A stretch of 64,000 bases of DNA from Candidatus Woesearchaeota archaeon (GTDB lineage: Archaea > Nanobdellota > Nanobdellia > Woesearchaeales > JAGVZT01): positions 443 to 64,442 of the forward strand of contig JAANXH010000043.1 of NCBI GenBank assembly GCA_018263355.1, written 5' to 3'. Made by a program: the position numbers and the translations under genes. Shown piece by piece: positions 28,510 to 37,977 of the stretch; position 1 is the first letter of the stretch; every line of letters begins with the position of its first letter. Below the pieces are notes generated by a model. It was not told the DNA's origin. It saw only the letters and a list, made by a program, of their open reading frames with translations, and did not search any database.

Positions 28510-30543
28510 CTATTTCCTATAGCACTCCAATTCTTTTTCCTCATCCCCTATATAAGTGCAGTATTTTTTTGTAAAATTAGAATACTTCAGACGACAAGAT
28601 TCATCTCTACAATAATGAGGGTATCTTGTAATCTTAACTATTTGCTTACTGACCCTTTTGGCTTCAGTTGGTTTTAGATCCCGAGCCTTTCTCCCTATTT
28701 TTTCAGCTAAATACAGCTCATAACACTTTAGTCTCAAGGTTCTGCTAATTCTGTTTTCATTGTTATTGAATTTAAAAAAATCATTAGATATTTTTTCTTC
28801 ATTTGCATTCCACCAGGAGTTAGAACTAAATTCTTCCCATAATTGGACTCGCTTTAAACCACGCAGGATTCTATTTTGCATTTTTTCATTTAGTGAATCT
28901 CCTTTTCTATAATCAGTGAAAAAACCTGAATATCTTTTGTCATCTGTTTTTAAACTTGCATCGATTTCTGATAATAGCTTAATATTTAATTCAAGCTGTT
29001 TTTTGTGATCTTTCAAATTAGAGTGTCCATCATAAAAAATTGAATTGTTATTCTGATTAAAGATTATAGCACGATGCTCAAGCAGTGCAATATCTGTGTT
29101 TGTATGAGCAAACCGAGTTTTTATAGTATTTTTTTGTGCTTTTCTTGCAATAGCAATAATATTCTGTTCCAGTTCTCCAGTAAAAAAATATACAATTTTA
29201 TCATAAGCATTTAGATTTCTAAATAATTTAGCTTCTTGTTCATATACCATAAATCCTTTCAAACCTTCTTTATGAAGATTATTAAGCTCCTTTACAACCA
29301 ACAGATTCCGCAAGTCTGGTGTTTCAATCATATCACGTGATAGAATTTCTTCTTTGGTTAATTGTGGTAAAATAAATAAATCTATCTTTGTGTTATTTTC
29401 AATATAACTAAATGCAACAATAATATTCCCTTCTTTTTTTTTGGGTAGTTGTGAATACAGTGGAAGATTCTTGTTGAATTCAATTTTTTGACATTCTAAG
29501 TTAACATTGCAATTACCATAAATACTGCCCAGTTTGTCATTACTAAATTCTGGTAACATGCCTGACACAGAGTATGACTGAACAGTATATTTGTCAAATT
29601 TAACATAACCTTTTTGTTGCAGGATATAGTCATATCTGTGTAGATACAAGTAATCACCATTATTCTCAGATAAACGTGAAAGTTCTTGAGCATAATACAT
29701 TCCAAAAATTGCTAATGCCACAACGGCTGCAACAAAAAGAATTAGACCCAATCCAAAAGTACTGATATTTATTGATTTATGAACATTTGGTTTTTTACTT
29801 GAAAATATGTTCAAAATTCTAAATGGAAAATGTTTGAACCTAAAGTAAGCATTATAATCTAGCTTGCCAAAGACTCTTTTTAGCAGTTTTGTTGATATGA
29901 ATAAGTAGGAAAATGCAAGTAGCAAGAAGACAGGTATTGAGATCAAAATTAATGTAATCAAGGTATAAGGACTAATTAAAGGAACAATTACATATGAAAA
30001 GAATAATAAAATCAAGAGAATAACCATTTCGGTCAAGACAACAGATATAAAAAATACTAAATACACAGATTCAAACAAATAGCTTTTGTTTGATTTAAAA
30101 TAATAAAATGCTACAGGAATCAGTGCAATTAAAAAAAAAGGAACAAATAAAAGAAATACTAATTTGAATTGTACCCAAATTAATATCATAAAAGAGATTA
30201 TACTCCAAATCAGTACCAAAGACCTATGATGCCTGTTTAGAATGTCAAATATTACCACACATAACAAAGATAAGATTAAAACAATTATCCCATTAGTCAA
30301 TTGATTAAACGAGTAAGATATGAATAAAAACGAAATCAAAAAAGCAAACATAACAGGTAAGGATAAACTTTTAATAAATTTTAAAAGAGAAAAGTGTATC
30401 AAGCCAGAATCTGATTTTTTCATTGCTTTTCTGACATAATCCTTTGGATAACCTTTTTCTAACAAATACTTTTTTAATTGCTTATCTGAATAACCTTGAC
30501 TCTCTTCCCATTTTATCCAGTCCACCAGCTTTTTTAGTTTCAC
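28510..30543 (-). CDS. Multi-pass membrane protein with large soluble C-terminal domain
   Basis: 677 aa; about 7 hydrophobic helices in the N-terminal half. Confidence 0.7.
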   Translation of the reverse strand: MKLKKLVDWIKWEESQGYSDKQLKKYLLEKGYPKDYVRKAMKKSDSGLIHFSLLKFIKSLSLPVMFAFLISFLFISYSFNQLTNGIIVLILSLLCVVIFDILNRHHRSLVLIWSIISFMILIWVQFKLVFLLFVPFFLIALIPVAFYYFKSNKSYLFESVYLVFFISVVLTEMVILLILLFFSYVIVPLISPYTLITLILISIPVFLLLAFSYLFISTKLLKRVFGKLDYNAYFRFKHFPFRILNIFSSKKPNVHKSINISTFGLGLILFVAAVVALAIFGMYYAQELSRLSENNGDYLYLHRYDYILQQKGYVKFDKYTVQSYSVSGMLPEFSNDKLGSIYGNCNVNLECQKIEFNKNLPLYSQLPKKKEGNIIVAFSYIENNTKIDLFILPQLTKEEILSRDMIETPDLRNLLVVKELNNLHKEGLKGFMVYEQEAKLFRNLNAYDKIVYFFTGELEQNIIAIARKAQKNTIKTRFAHTNTDIALLEHRAIIFNQNNNSIFYDGHSNLKDHKKQLELNIKLLSEIDASLKTDDKRYSGFFTDYRKGDSLNEKMQNRILRGLKRVQLWEEFSSNSWWNANEEKISNDFFKFNNNENRISRTLRLKCYELYLAEKIGRKARDLKPTEAKRVSKQIVKITRYPHYCRDESCRLKYSNFTKKYCTYIGDEEKELECYRK

Positions 30544-30621
30544 AAATCCTTTTTTAATAAACTGACTTATAAGTTTTATGATTAAGTTTTATTTTTACAA
30601 GATAAAAAAGAGGTTTGGGTA

Positions 30622-31101
30622 TTATTTTGATGCTTTCTCTTTCCAGGAAGTATTTACTTTTTTTACTATTTTTACAAATTTAGGATCTAACTTATTGTTC
30701 CACAAATCTACTGCATCATCTATAAACTGTGCTTCTAGTTTTTTATCCTTTGTTAAACCTATAAGTGTGTTTCGAGAAACCAGTTCCATTATATCATTTA
30801 ATAAATTAATAATCTTCTGTTTTTCCTCATCTTCAAATATCTTGCTTTCTTTGACACTCATCATTGAGTTTGGGTTTGGGATTACTAAACCATGCAAATA
30901 TGACGTCCAGGAATTAAATGTTTTTGAGATTCTATGACATATCATTCTTGAAAGATTAGTGCTGACATATCCTTCATTTTGAATAAAATCTTTTAAAAAA
31001 AATATTTTCTCAAGATCTTGAAAACTAGATTTAAAGCCAAGTTCTTTTTTCATTTTATCAAATTCCTGCTCAAATTCATCCAATAACTTGCTGTTTGTCA
31101 T
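30622..31101 (-). CDS. Hypothetical protein
   Basis: Track ORF to 31227; real start probably ATG 31101 (MTNSK), about 31 nt from a TTTATATA box at 31133. Confidence 0.7.
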   Translation of the reverse strand: MTNSKLLDEFEQEFDKMKKELGFKSSFQDLEKIFFLKDFIQNEGYVSTNLSRMICHRISKTFNSWTSYLHGLVIPNPNSMMSVKESKIFEDEEKQKIINLLNDIMELVSRNTLIGLTKDKKLEAQFIDDAVDLWNNKLDPKFVKIVKKVNTSWKEKASK

Positions 31102-31143
31102 TATACTAATGGGAACTAAACTGAATATATAAATAATTCCCTT

Positions 31144-31851
31144 ATGGAAAGTCAAATTTGATGAGGAGAGCCAAAAGCAATACCTGATTGGTGAGCGAGA
31201 CCTCAACAATCGTAAGAAGCTATGCAAAACAGTTTGTCTTCTCTAAATTGGTATTAAAATTTGCTTGCTAACAATTTCACTCAGAATGCGTTGGGTCTAA
31301 ATGTCAGGACTGTTCGTCCTGATCATGCTCAGGAAGCTACGCTTCCCGACAGCCCCTGGCTTATCTCACTAGCGTTCCTAACACATAAATCCTAGATTTC
31401 TGGCTTTAGTCAGTAGCATTATAATGCAGTCACTTTACATATTCGTGCTATGTTCGGCATCCATAAGCTTTGCTTCTGGAGTCTGAAAAGCTATCGCAAG
31501 ATAGCTGCCGAGTGAACAAAGTGAACGAATGCATCTGCTTGTCAAAGTGAAGAGCGTAAAAGCTCCCACCTCTCAGAAATTTTAAATTTCTGATGATGAT
31601 CAGAAAACTTTGTTTTCCGACATTTAGGTGGGAGATAAGTTGCCAGAGCAACCCAGGAACGAAATGTAATGAAGTGAGTATGGTTGCCAGAGCAACTCAG
31701 GAACGGACCAAAGGGGAGTGAGATTAGTTAGAAGTGTAGCTTATAACCTTGGAATGTAGCGAAGCGGAATGAGTACGGCTCTGAACAGCAGATTTTCTTT
31801 ACAAACTGGCAAGCGAACAATATATTTTGGCAAACACATCAAACTTAACTC
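31144..31851 (-). ncRNA. Candidate structured RNA (about 185 nt) interrupted by element B; identity unknown
   Basis: TTTAAATA box about 30 nt upstream of G31851; a 15-bp terminal helix with three G-U pairs (31837-31851 with 31149-31163); nested helices across the insertion. Confidence 0.4.
31281..31802 (+). mobile_element. Element copy B (522 bp), inverted relative to A and C
   Basis: About 170 bp nearly identical to the reverse complement of copy A, plus shared termini (TCAGAATGCG.TGGGTCTAAA ... GCTCTGAACAGCAGATTTTCTTTAC) and extra hairpin inserts. Confidence 0.75.
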
Positions 31852-31984
31852 AACCCCCTTATGGTGTGTGTTGGTATTTAAAGCCCAAAACAGTGGTTTT
31901 TTGTATTGTTTGTTATTTTAAAGTAGTAAAAATAGAAAGATTTATATACTTGAAGTTTTACTTTACTACTTAGAGGTGGTTTTA

Positions 31985-32224
31985 ATGACAGAGTTGTCAG
32001 AACTGGTAAAATCAAGAACTGTCAGAAAGTATGAAGAAAAAGGAGCTGAAAAGGTTAAAACTGACTATAATCCAGATTAAAAGGTGAAGAATGTGTTTGA
32101 TGAACAAACTGACCGAGATGTTCTTAAGGCAATAAGAAGCCGAAAGAAAACATTTGAAGAAGTTGTAAACCAGAAAAATATAACTAATGACGAATTGGAT
32201 GAAGTAATGCAAGAAGATTTTTGA
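31985..32224 (+). pseudogene. 79-codon frame split by one in-frame TAA (or two small genes)
   Basis: MTELSELVKSR...DYNPD*KVKNVFDEQ...MQEDF; RBS GAGGTGG before ATG 31985 and AGGTGA before GTG 32093. Confidence 0.45.
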
Positions 32225-32259
32225 AAAGCTTTTTAAAAAAGCACTTGTTCTAATATATT

Positions 32260-32511
32260 ATGGAGTATGAATTTGAGATTGAAAAGATTATTAAGCAGAT
32301 TAACAAACAAAATGCTAAGATTGTCTGTTTGCAGCTTTCAGATGGTTTAAAACCTAAAGCTAAGACCTTACAAGAAGAAATTGAAAAAAATACCAGAGCA
32401 CAAGTTATATTATGGGCTGGAACCTGTTTTGGAGCATGTGATATTCCTGTGGAATTAAAAAATATGAATGCGGATTTATTAGTACAGTTTGGACATAGTG
32501 AGTGGAAATGA
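32260..32511 (+). CDS. dph2: Diphthamide synthesis Dph2 N-terminal fragment
   Basis: LQL.DGLK, FGACD, QFGHS motifs; only 83 aa. Confidence 0.8.
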   Translation: MEYEFEIEKIIKQINKQNAKIVCLQLSDGLKPKAKTLQEEIEKNTRAQVILWAGTCFGACDIPVELKNMNADLLVQFGHSEWK

Positions 32512-33662
32512 AATATTTAATTGAATCAGAGACTTTGAAAAAATTAGACCATAGAATAAAAAAGGCAGTGAAATTGATTAAAGAAAGTATTGGAAATAAT
32601 CCTATTATTATCAGGCATCATTCAGATTGTGATGGTTATACTGGTGCTGTTGCTATTGAGACTGCAATAGATAATAAACTAATTAGCAGGAAAAAATGGC
32701 ATTACTTAAAAAGATCTCCTTCTAGAGCCCCATATTATGAATACAGAGACGCTTTCTGGGATATTTCTAATCACTTAAAAGATATTTCACATGAAAAGAT
32801 ACCTTTGTTACTTATTATGGATCTTGGAAGTACAGATCAAAGTCTGTTTGCTATTAAACTAGCAAAACTTTATGGGTTTAAGGTTATTGTTATTGATCAT
32901 CACCAGCCTACTTTTGAAAATGGAAAGGCGATTATTGAGAAGCATACTGATGTTTTTATTAATCCTTACGTGGTAGGAGGAGATTCTAACCTTACTGCTG
33001 GAATGATTGGAGCTGAGATTTCAAGGTTTATAAAAAAGCAACCAGTTCATCATTTACCAGCTATTGCAGGTATTGCTGATATGGCAGAAGGAAAGGATAT
33101 TGAAGGCTATCTTAATGTTGCAAAACAAAAAGGTTATTCAAAAAAGCTTATTACTTCTATTGCAAGGTGTATTGATTTTCAAGCTTATTATATTAATGCT
33201 AATTCTAAAATGACACATGATTTATTACTTTCAGACCTAAAGGAGCAAAAAGTCAAAGCTTTTTTAATTGAAAATGAGATTAAAAAACTGGAAAATGAAG
33301 CAGTTGAGAAGCTAAAAGCATTAAGTAAGATTTCTGGAAGTCAAAAAAAAATTATTCAAATTGATGTAAGTAACATCTATAGGGGATCTTATCCTCCTCA
33401 AGGCAAATCTACAGGATTAATGTTTAGATATTATGAAAAACAGTTTGAAGAAAAAATCCTAGTTTTAGGAGTGAATGATTCATCAATAACAATTAGAACA
33501 AATTTTAATGATTTTGATGTTAATGAACTAATTGAAAAACTAAGACAAAAACTCAAACACGGAGCTATAGATGGTGGTGGTCATGAGGTTGCTGGGACTA
33601 TTCAATTTGCAGCTTCTGTTAAAAATGATGTGCTTAGGTTAATTAAACAATACGCAAAATGA
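32502..33662 (+). CDS. DHH family phosphoesterase (archaeal RecJ-like)
   Basis: HHSDCDG, DLGS, IDHH, GGGH motifs. Confidence 0.85.
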   Translation: MEMKYLIESETLKKLDHRIKKAVKLIKESIGNNPIIIRHHSDCDGYTGAVAIETAIDNKLISRKKWHYLKRSPSRAPYYEYRDAFWDISNHLKDISHEKIPLLLIMDLGSTDQSLFAIKLAKLYGFKVIVIDHHQPTFENGKAIIEKHTDVFINPYVVGGDSNLTAGMIGAEISRFIKKQPVHHLPAIAGIADMAEGKDIEGYLNVAKQKGYSKKLITSIARCIDFQAYYINANSKMTHDLLLSDLKEQKVKAFLIENEIKKLENEAVEKLKALSKISGSQKKIIQIDVSNIYRGSYPPQGKSTGLMFRYYEKQFEEKILVLGVNDSSITIRTNFNDFDVNELIEKLRQKLKHGAIDGGGHEVAGTIQFAASVKNDVLRLIKQYAK

Positions 33663-34129
33663 TTCAATTCATATTAGTATCAATATTGTGTTTTTTAGGA
33701 TTATTTTTAGGTGTGATTCTTGCATTTATTGCAAAAGAAATTGAGCTTAAACCTGGGAAAAAATATTTTATTATTATTCGAAGATTTGTTTTTAGTTTAA
33801 TTATTGCAGCTGTCTTATATCACCTAAATATGGTTCTTGCATTTTTACTGGGTGGTTTTTGTTATTTTATTTTAAAAAAAATTGAAAAGCAAAAAATTTC
33901 TTATTGGTTACTTGGATTGTTCTTATTTTTTGGCTCATTTAGCCCACAATTTCTGATTATTGCAAGTTTAGTTTTATTTTACGGTTTTGTGCAAGGCACA
34001 CTAGACTCAGATAAACTTCTTAAAAAAAGCATATGGAATGTATTGGTTTTAGAACTAAAAAACCATTATTTGTTTTTAGGTTTTTCATTAATACCTAAAA
34101 TCGTTTTAAACTTGGTCCAGAGCCTTTGA
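33659..34129 (+). CDS. Integral membrane protein
   Basis: Highly hydrophobic 156 aa; coupled to the DHH gene. Confidence 0.7.
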   Translation: MIQFILVSILCFLGLFLGVILAFIAKEIELKPGKKYFIIIRRFVFSLIIAAVLYHLNMVLAFLLGGFCYFILKKIEKQKISYWLLGLFLFFGSFSPQFLIIASLVLFYGFVQGTLDSDKLLKKSIWNVLVLELKNHYLFLGFSLIPKIVLNLVQSL

Positions 34130-36078
34130 ATATTTTGCTTGACAGTTAATTTTTTAAGTTCAATATTTATTTTTTCTTCTTCATAGTATTCAATATTATT
34201 TTTATCATAATATAGAACCATTATTTCAACAGTGTTATTTTGGGGTTTTAAATCCTTACTATTGAATTCTAATATCAGTTCTTTGTTGTTTTCAAATTTA
34301 TTATAATTGTATTTTCTTTTAAATCCCCCAATTAGTACTACTTGTACATCTTGAGGATTAGAAGACGAATTCTTTGTCAAATGTATATTTATTTTATGAT
34401 TAGTATCAAAACTAACATTTGAAGGGTATTTAATTTTTTGAATGTTGATTTTTGGTCTGTCAAGGATAGTGTAGTTGATATTAGTTGTTTTGGTTATTTG
34501 AGTATTTTCAGCCACAATTGTTTGTTCGATAAATCCTGGTTTTTCTGGGGTTATTGTAAAATTTAATTGAGCTGATCTTCCAATGCCCATATCAAATGAG
34601 TGACATTTACCAATGCACACTTTAAGATTCTTTAAGATTACATTCCCTGTATTTTTTAAGTTACAAAATCCAGAGACTTTTTCATAAACATAGTACTGGT
34701 CATTATCTGTTCTACATTTAAAGTTTACATCTTTTGAGTATTCTAGTGAGTCTTCCTGCTGTAATTCCTCAATCATATGGTTAATCTCTCCTAGTGAATA
34801 ATATGTATAGTGTTGTGAGGATTCAAATGAACTGTATACTGTGGTGCCTCGTGATGAGGTAATTCCTATTGGCATCTCATACAAATAATTGTTTTTAAGG
34901 TTTTTATCCACCTTAAGTGTCCAATAAACATTTGTTTCAGAATTTGGCTTTACTAACACATATTTATTAGGTGTGCTTATCAATTTTGTTCCTGATGAAC
35001 CTGTAAATAATAGCCTTGTTGCAACATAATAATCCTTATTATTTACAACTCTTACTTTGATAAGATTGTATGAACCAAAGCCCACTTGATGCCTTAATGG
35101 TTTTAGCTCAAATTTTAATTCTTCTTCTGCTGCCTTTGATCTAGATATTAAGGTTGTTTCTATGTTAAGCTGATTTGAACTCATTTGAACATCACGGCCT
35201 GTCCACATTATAAAGCTAGAACTTTTATTAGAGTCCGGATTTTTCCCAAATACTACATGGCTTGGATCTACAAAGCCAAATTCACCATAGGTTACATCAA
35301 ATGGGACCCATCCATATTCTGGAAAATACAATTCTGCCCAACCATGCGATTGCCACCCATCCATATCATGATAATTAGTATAAGCAACACCACTAACATA
35401 TCTTGCTGGAATCCCAAGGCTTCTTGAGAGAGCCATAAACAGTGTTGTAATTTCATCACATACTCCGTATTTGTTTTTAAGTACCCATGATGCTGGCTGG
35501 GATGCTGAAGCTGTGATTGTACTCATATTGTACTGTACATTGTGATCTACCCATTTAAACAGTTCAAAAGCTACATAAGTTAAATCATCTTGTCCTGAGG
35601 CTAATCTAGAGGCTAATTCAACGATTTCTTGATCATCTGAATCAATATTTTCAGTTGCAACAAGATACTTGTCAAGAGAAGGATCAAGCTTATCTAGAGG
35701 AAAACTGACTTTGGTTTTTATTTGAGGATTATATTCTCTTACTCTAACTCTTGAATCAACATTAGTTGTAAAAACTAAATCATCAAAACTATTCCACTTA
35801 AAGGTAATCTCATCATCAACAGATTCTGGTTTAGGGAATATATCTTGCTTTAAAACAGTTTGTTGGACTGTATCTTTTGGAAATATTACTAATTTGTATT
35901 GAAGCTCTGAGAGCCTAGCTGAGCTACTTGTTTCAACTGCCTCTAGTTTGGAATCTATTGAAATATCCAAGGTCATCTGACTAGATTCTCTTCCCAGATT
36001 TGCTTGTACTATCTGCATGTGTAAAATAGTAATAAAAAATATAATTAGTGTACATACAAATAGTGCACCTCTTTTCAT
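34066..36078 (-). CDS. Secreted transglutaminase-like domain protein
   Basis: GVCDE, LGIPARYVSG, HGWAE, WVPFD triad motifs. Confidence 0.85.
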   Translation of the reverse strand: MKRGALFVCTLIIFFITILHMQIVQANLGRESSQMTLDISIDSKLEAVETSSSARLSELQYKLVIFPKDTVQQTVLKQDIFPKPESVDDEITFKWNSFDDLVFTTNVDSRVRVREYNPQIKTKVSFPLDKLDPSLDKYLVATENIDSDDQEIVELASRLASGQDDLTYVAFELFKWVDHNVQYNMSTITASASQPASWVLKNKYGVCDEITTLFMALSRSLGIPARYVSGVAYTNYHDMDGWQSHGWAELYFPEYGWVPFDVTYGEFGFVDPSHVVFGKNPDSNKSSSFIMWTGRDVQMSSNQLNIETTLISRSKAAEEELKFELKPLRHQVGFGSYNLIKVRVVNNKDYYVATRLLFTGSSGTKLISTPNKYVLVKPNSETNVYWTLKVDKNLKNNYLYEMPIGITSSRGTTVYSSFESSQHYTYYSLGEINHMIEELQQEDSLEYSKDVNFKCRTDNDQYYVYEKVSGFCNLKNTGNVILKNLKVCIGKCHSFDMGIGRSAQLNFTITPEKPGFIEQTIVAENTQITKTTNINYTILDRPKINIQKIKYPSNVSFDTNHKINIHLTKNSSSNPQDVQVVLIGGFKRKYNYNKFENNKELILEFNSKDLKPQNNTVEIMVLYYDKNNIEYYEEEKINIELKKLTVKQNIQRLWTKFKTILGINEKPKNK

Positions 36079-36192
36079 ACACTTGTTTTTATTTGGTTAA
36101 TATATAAGGTTTTTGTAAAAATGAATAAGATTATTTGATTTTTCAATTTATTAATCAAAAACCTTAAAAACTTTGGTTAATTATGTAAATAT

Positions 36193-37260
36193 ATGGGAAT
36201 GTTTGATGATATGCTAAAAGCTGATGAGTCTTTGTTTAAGAATCCTGTTGCTCTTGATTATGATTATCTACCAAAATTACTTCCTTTTAGAGAAGGTGAA
36301 CAGCGTAAAATTGCTGCCTGTATCAAGCCACTTTTTCAAAGAAGAAATGGTCGCAATATTTTGATTTATGGTAAGTCTGGAGTTGGTAAAACTGCTGCTT
36401 GCAAACATGTTTTAAAAGAACTCGAAGAACAAACTGACAAGATCACACCTATTTTTATTAATTGCTGGCAAAAAAATACTTCTTATAAAATTTTAACCCA
36501 GATATGTGAATTAATAGGTTATAGACTAACTCATAATAAAAAAACAGATGAGCTACTAAAAGTTGTTGTGAAACTTTTAAACAAGGAATCTGCAGTTTTG
36601 GTTTTTGATGAGATTGATAAGGTTGAGGACTATGATTTTCTTTATTATTTTCTAGAAAGCATTTACAGAAAGAGTGTGATTCTAGTCACTAACCATAAAA
36701 AATGGTATAATGAACTTGATTCTAGGATTAAGTCCAGATTAGTTGCAGAAATGCAAGAGTTTGAACCTTATGATTTAAAAGAAACTGCTGGAATACTTCG
36801 ACAAAGGATTTTACATGGTTTTTATGAGGGTGTTTTTAATGAGGAGTCAATAAATCTAATCACAAATAAAACCTATCAGTTAAAAGATATTAGATCTGGA
36901 CTTTATCTGTTAAAAGAGGCTGCAAATATTGCAGAGGAAAACGCTAGTAGAAAAGTAGAGCTTGAGCATGTTAAAAAGGCAATAGGTAAGCTTGATGATT
37001 TTAAGATTAAGAATAGTGAAGATCTTGATGAGGATACACGAAAGATTCTTCATATTATAAAAAATAATTCTGGAAAAAAGATTGGGGACTTATTTAAAGT
37101 TTACCAGGAAGATGGGGGAGAGCTTGTATACAAGACTTTTCAAAGAAAAGTCAAAAAGCTTGAGAAAGGAAAATATATTTCTGTAAATAAAAAAACTGGA
37201 GGCAAGGACGGCACTACCTCTATACTTAATTATGATAATACTAAGCTGACTGATTTTTAG
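36193..37260 (+). CDS. cdc6: Orc1/Cdc6 replication initiator
   Basis: Y.P..LPFRE, GKSGVGKT, FINC, FDEID, G..R sensor region. Confidence 0.88.
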   Translation: MGMFDDMLKADESLFKNPVALDYDYLPKLLPFREGEQRKIAACIKPLFQRRNGRNILIYGKSGVGKTAACKHVLKELEEQTDKITPIFINCWQKNTSYKILTQICELIGYRLTHNKKTDELLKVVVKLLNKESAVLVFDEIDKVEDYDFLYYFLESIYRKSVILVTNHKKWYNELDSRIKSRLVAEMQEFEPYDLKETAGILRQRILHGFYEGVFNEESINLITNKTYQLKDIRSGLYLLKEAANIAEENASRKVELEHVKKAIGKLDDFKIKNSEDLDEDTRKILHIIKNNSGKKIGDLFKVYQEDGGELVYKTFQRKVKKLEKGKYISVNKKTGGKDGTTSILNYDNTKLTDF

Positions 37261-37529
37261 AACACTACCTGAAAGTCATCATAATCCTTAGTTGGTTTTT
37301 CATATTTAATATCAAGATTATCAACTCTTGCCAAGAACGAACCTTTTCTTGCCTCATGAATCAATTTTTCAATTTGTTTTTCTTCACCTTCTGCAATTAT
37401 CTGAACAGAGCCATCTGATTTGTTTCTTACTGTTCCTTTTAATCCTAATTTATTGGCCTTTTTTTTAATGTATAACCTGTATGAGACTCCCTGCACCTTG
37501 CCTTTAGCTGTTATTTTTGCTCTTTTCAT
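37257..37529 (-). CDS. acyP: Acylphosphatase
   Basis: GKVQGV.YR, G.VRN..DG.V.I.AEG. Confidence 0.92.
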   Translation of the reverse strand: MKRAKITAKGKVQGVSYRLYIKKKANKLGLKGTVRNKSDGSVQIIAEGEEKQIEKLIHEARKGSFLARVDNLDIKYEKPTKDYDDFQVVF

Positions 37530-37676
37530 TCTTTATTACACTTCAATTTCGGATTTATATATCTTTTGTTCAAGTTATAATATTTTAGACAACAATAATA
37601 ATGGCACTGGACACTGGACATTATCGTGTGAGATATTTAAACAAACCTGATTCAACTTATTCTAAGAGGTGATTTC

Positions 37677-37757
37677 ATGGAAAACATGAACAATATTTCA
37701 GAACTATTTTTTGAGCAAATTAAAAATATGTCTTTAAAGGGTGGTCCAAATGCATGA
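37677..37757 (+). CDS. Very small ORF (26 aa)
   Basis: Not in track; GAGGTGA RBS; MENMNNISELFFEQIKNMSLKGGPNA. Confidence 0.4.
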   Translation: MENMNNISELFFEQIKNMSLKGGPNA

Positions 37758-37854
37758 TGTTTATTCAAAACAAGGACTAAAGACAGTATTTGATGATGAT
37801 AGTCTGTCAGCTGGAGAATATGCTTTTATGAGAGGGTATTTAGATGCAGCCTGA
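37750..37854 (+). CDS. Small acidic protein (34 aa)
   Basis: Not in track; GGTGG RBS; MHDVYSKQGLKTVFDDDSLSAGEYAFMRGYLDAA. Confidence 0.55.
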   Translation: MHDVYSKQGLKTVFDDDSLSAGEYAFMRGYLDAA

Positions 37855-37977
37855 ATATATTGATTGGAAAAAGTACTCAAAAAAAGCTAATTTTTTTAAT
37901 TTATTTTATTTTCAGCAGCAGGTTAGAAAGCAAAATTGTCATAATTTATTTAAATAGAGCCTGATTCCCATATATGT

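Noticed and set aside
31765-31795. GAGCCGTAC resembling group II intron domain V; GTTCAGAG resembling the group I R element
   Set aside because: The complementary arm and the other conserved core elements are missing, and the junctions do not fit the U|...G rule.
31144-31851. Naming the candidate RNA as RNase P or SRP RNA
   Set aside because: Only partial look-alikes (GAGGAGAGCC; CCAG...AGCAAGC) in non-canonical order; cannot be supported without a covariance-model search.
32260-32511. Very short Dph2 as a pseudogene or novelty
   Set aside because: Clean start and stop with intact motifs. To my recollection short or split dph2 genes are usual in this lineage, so it is not treated as novel.
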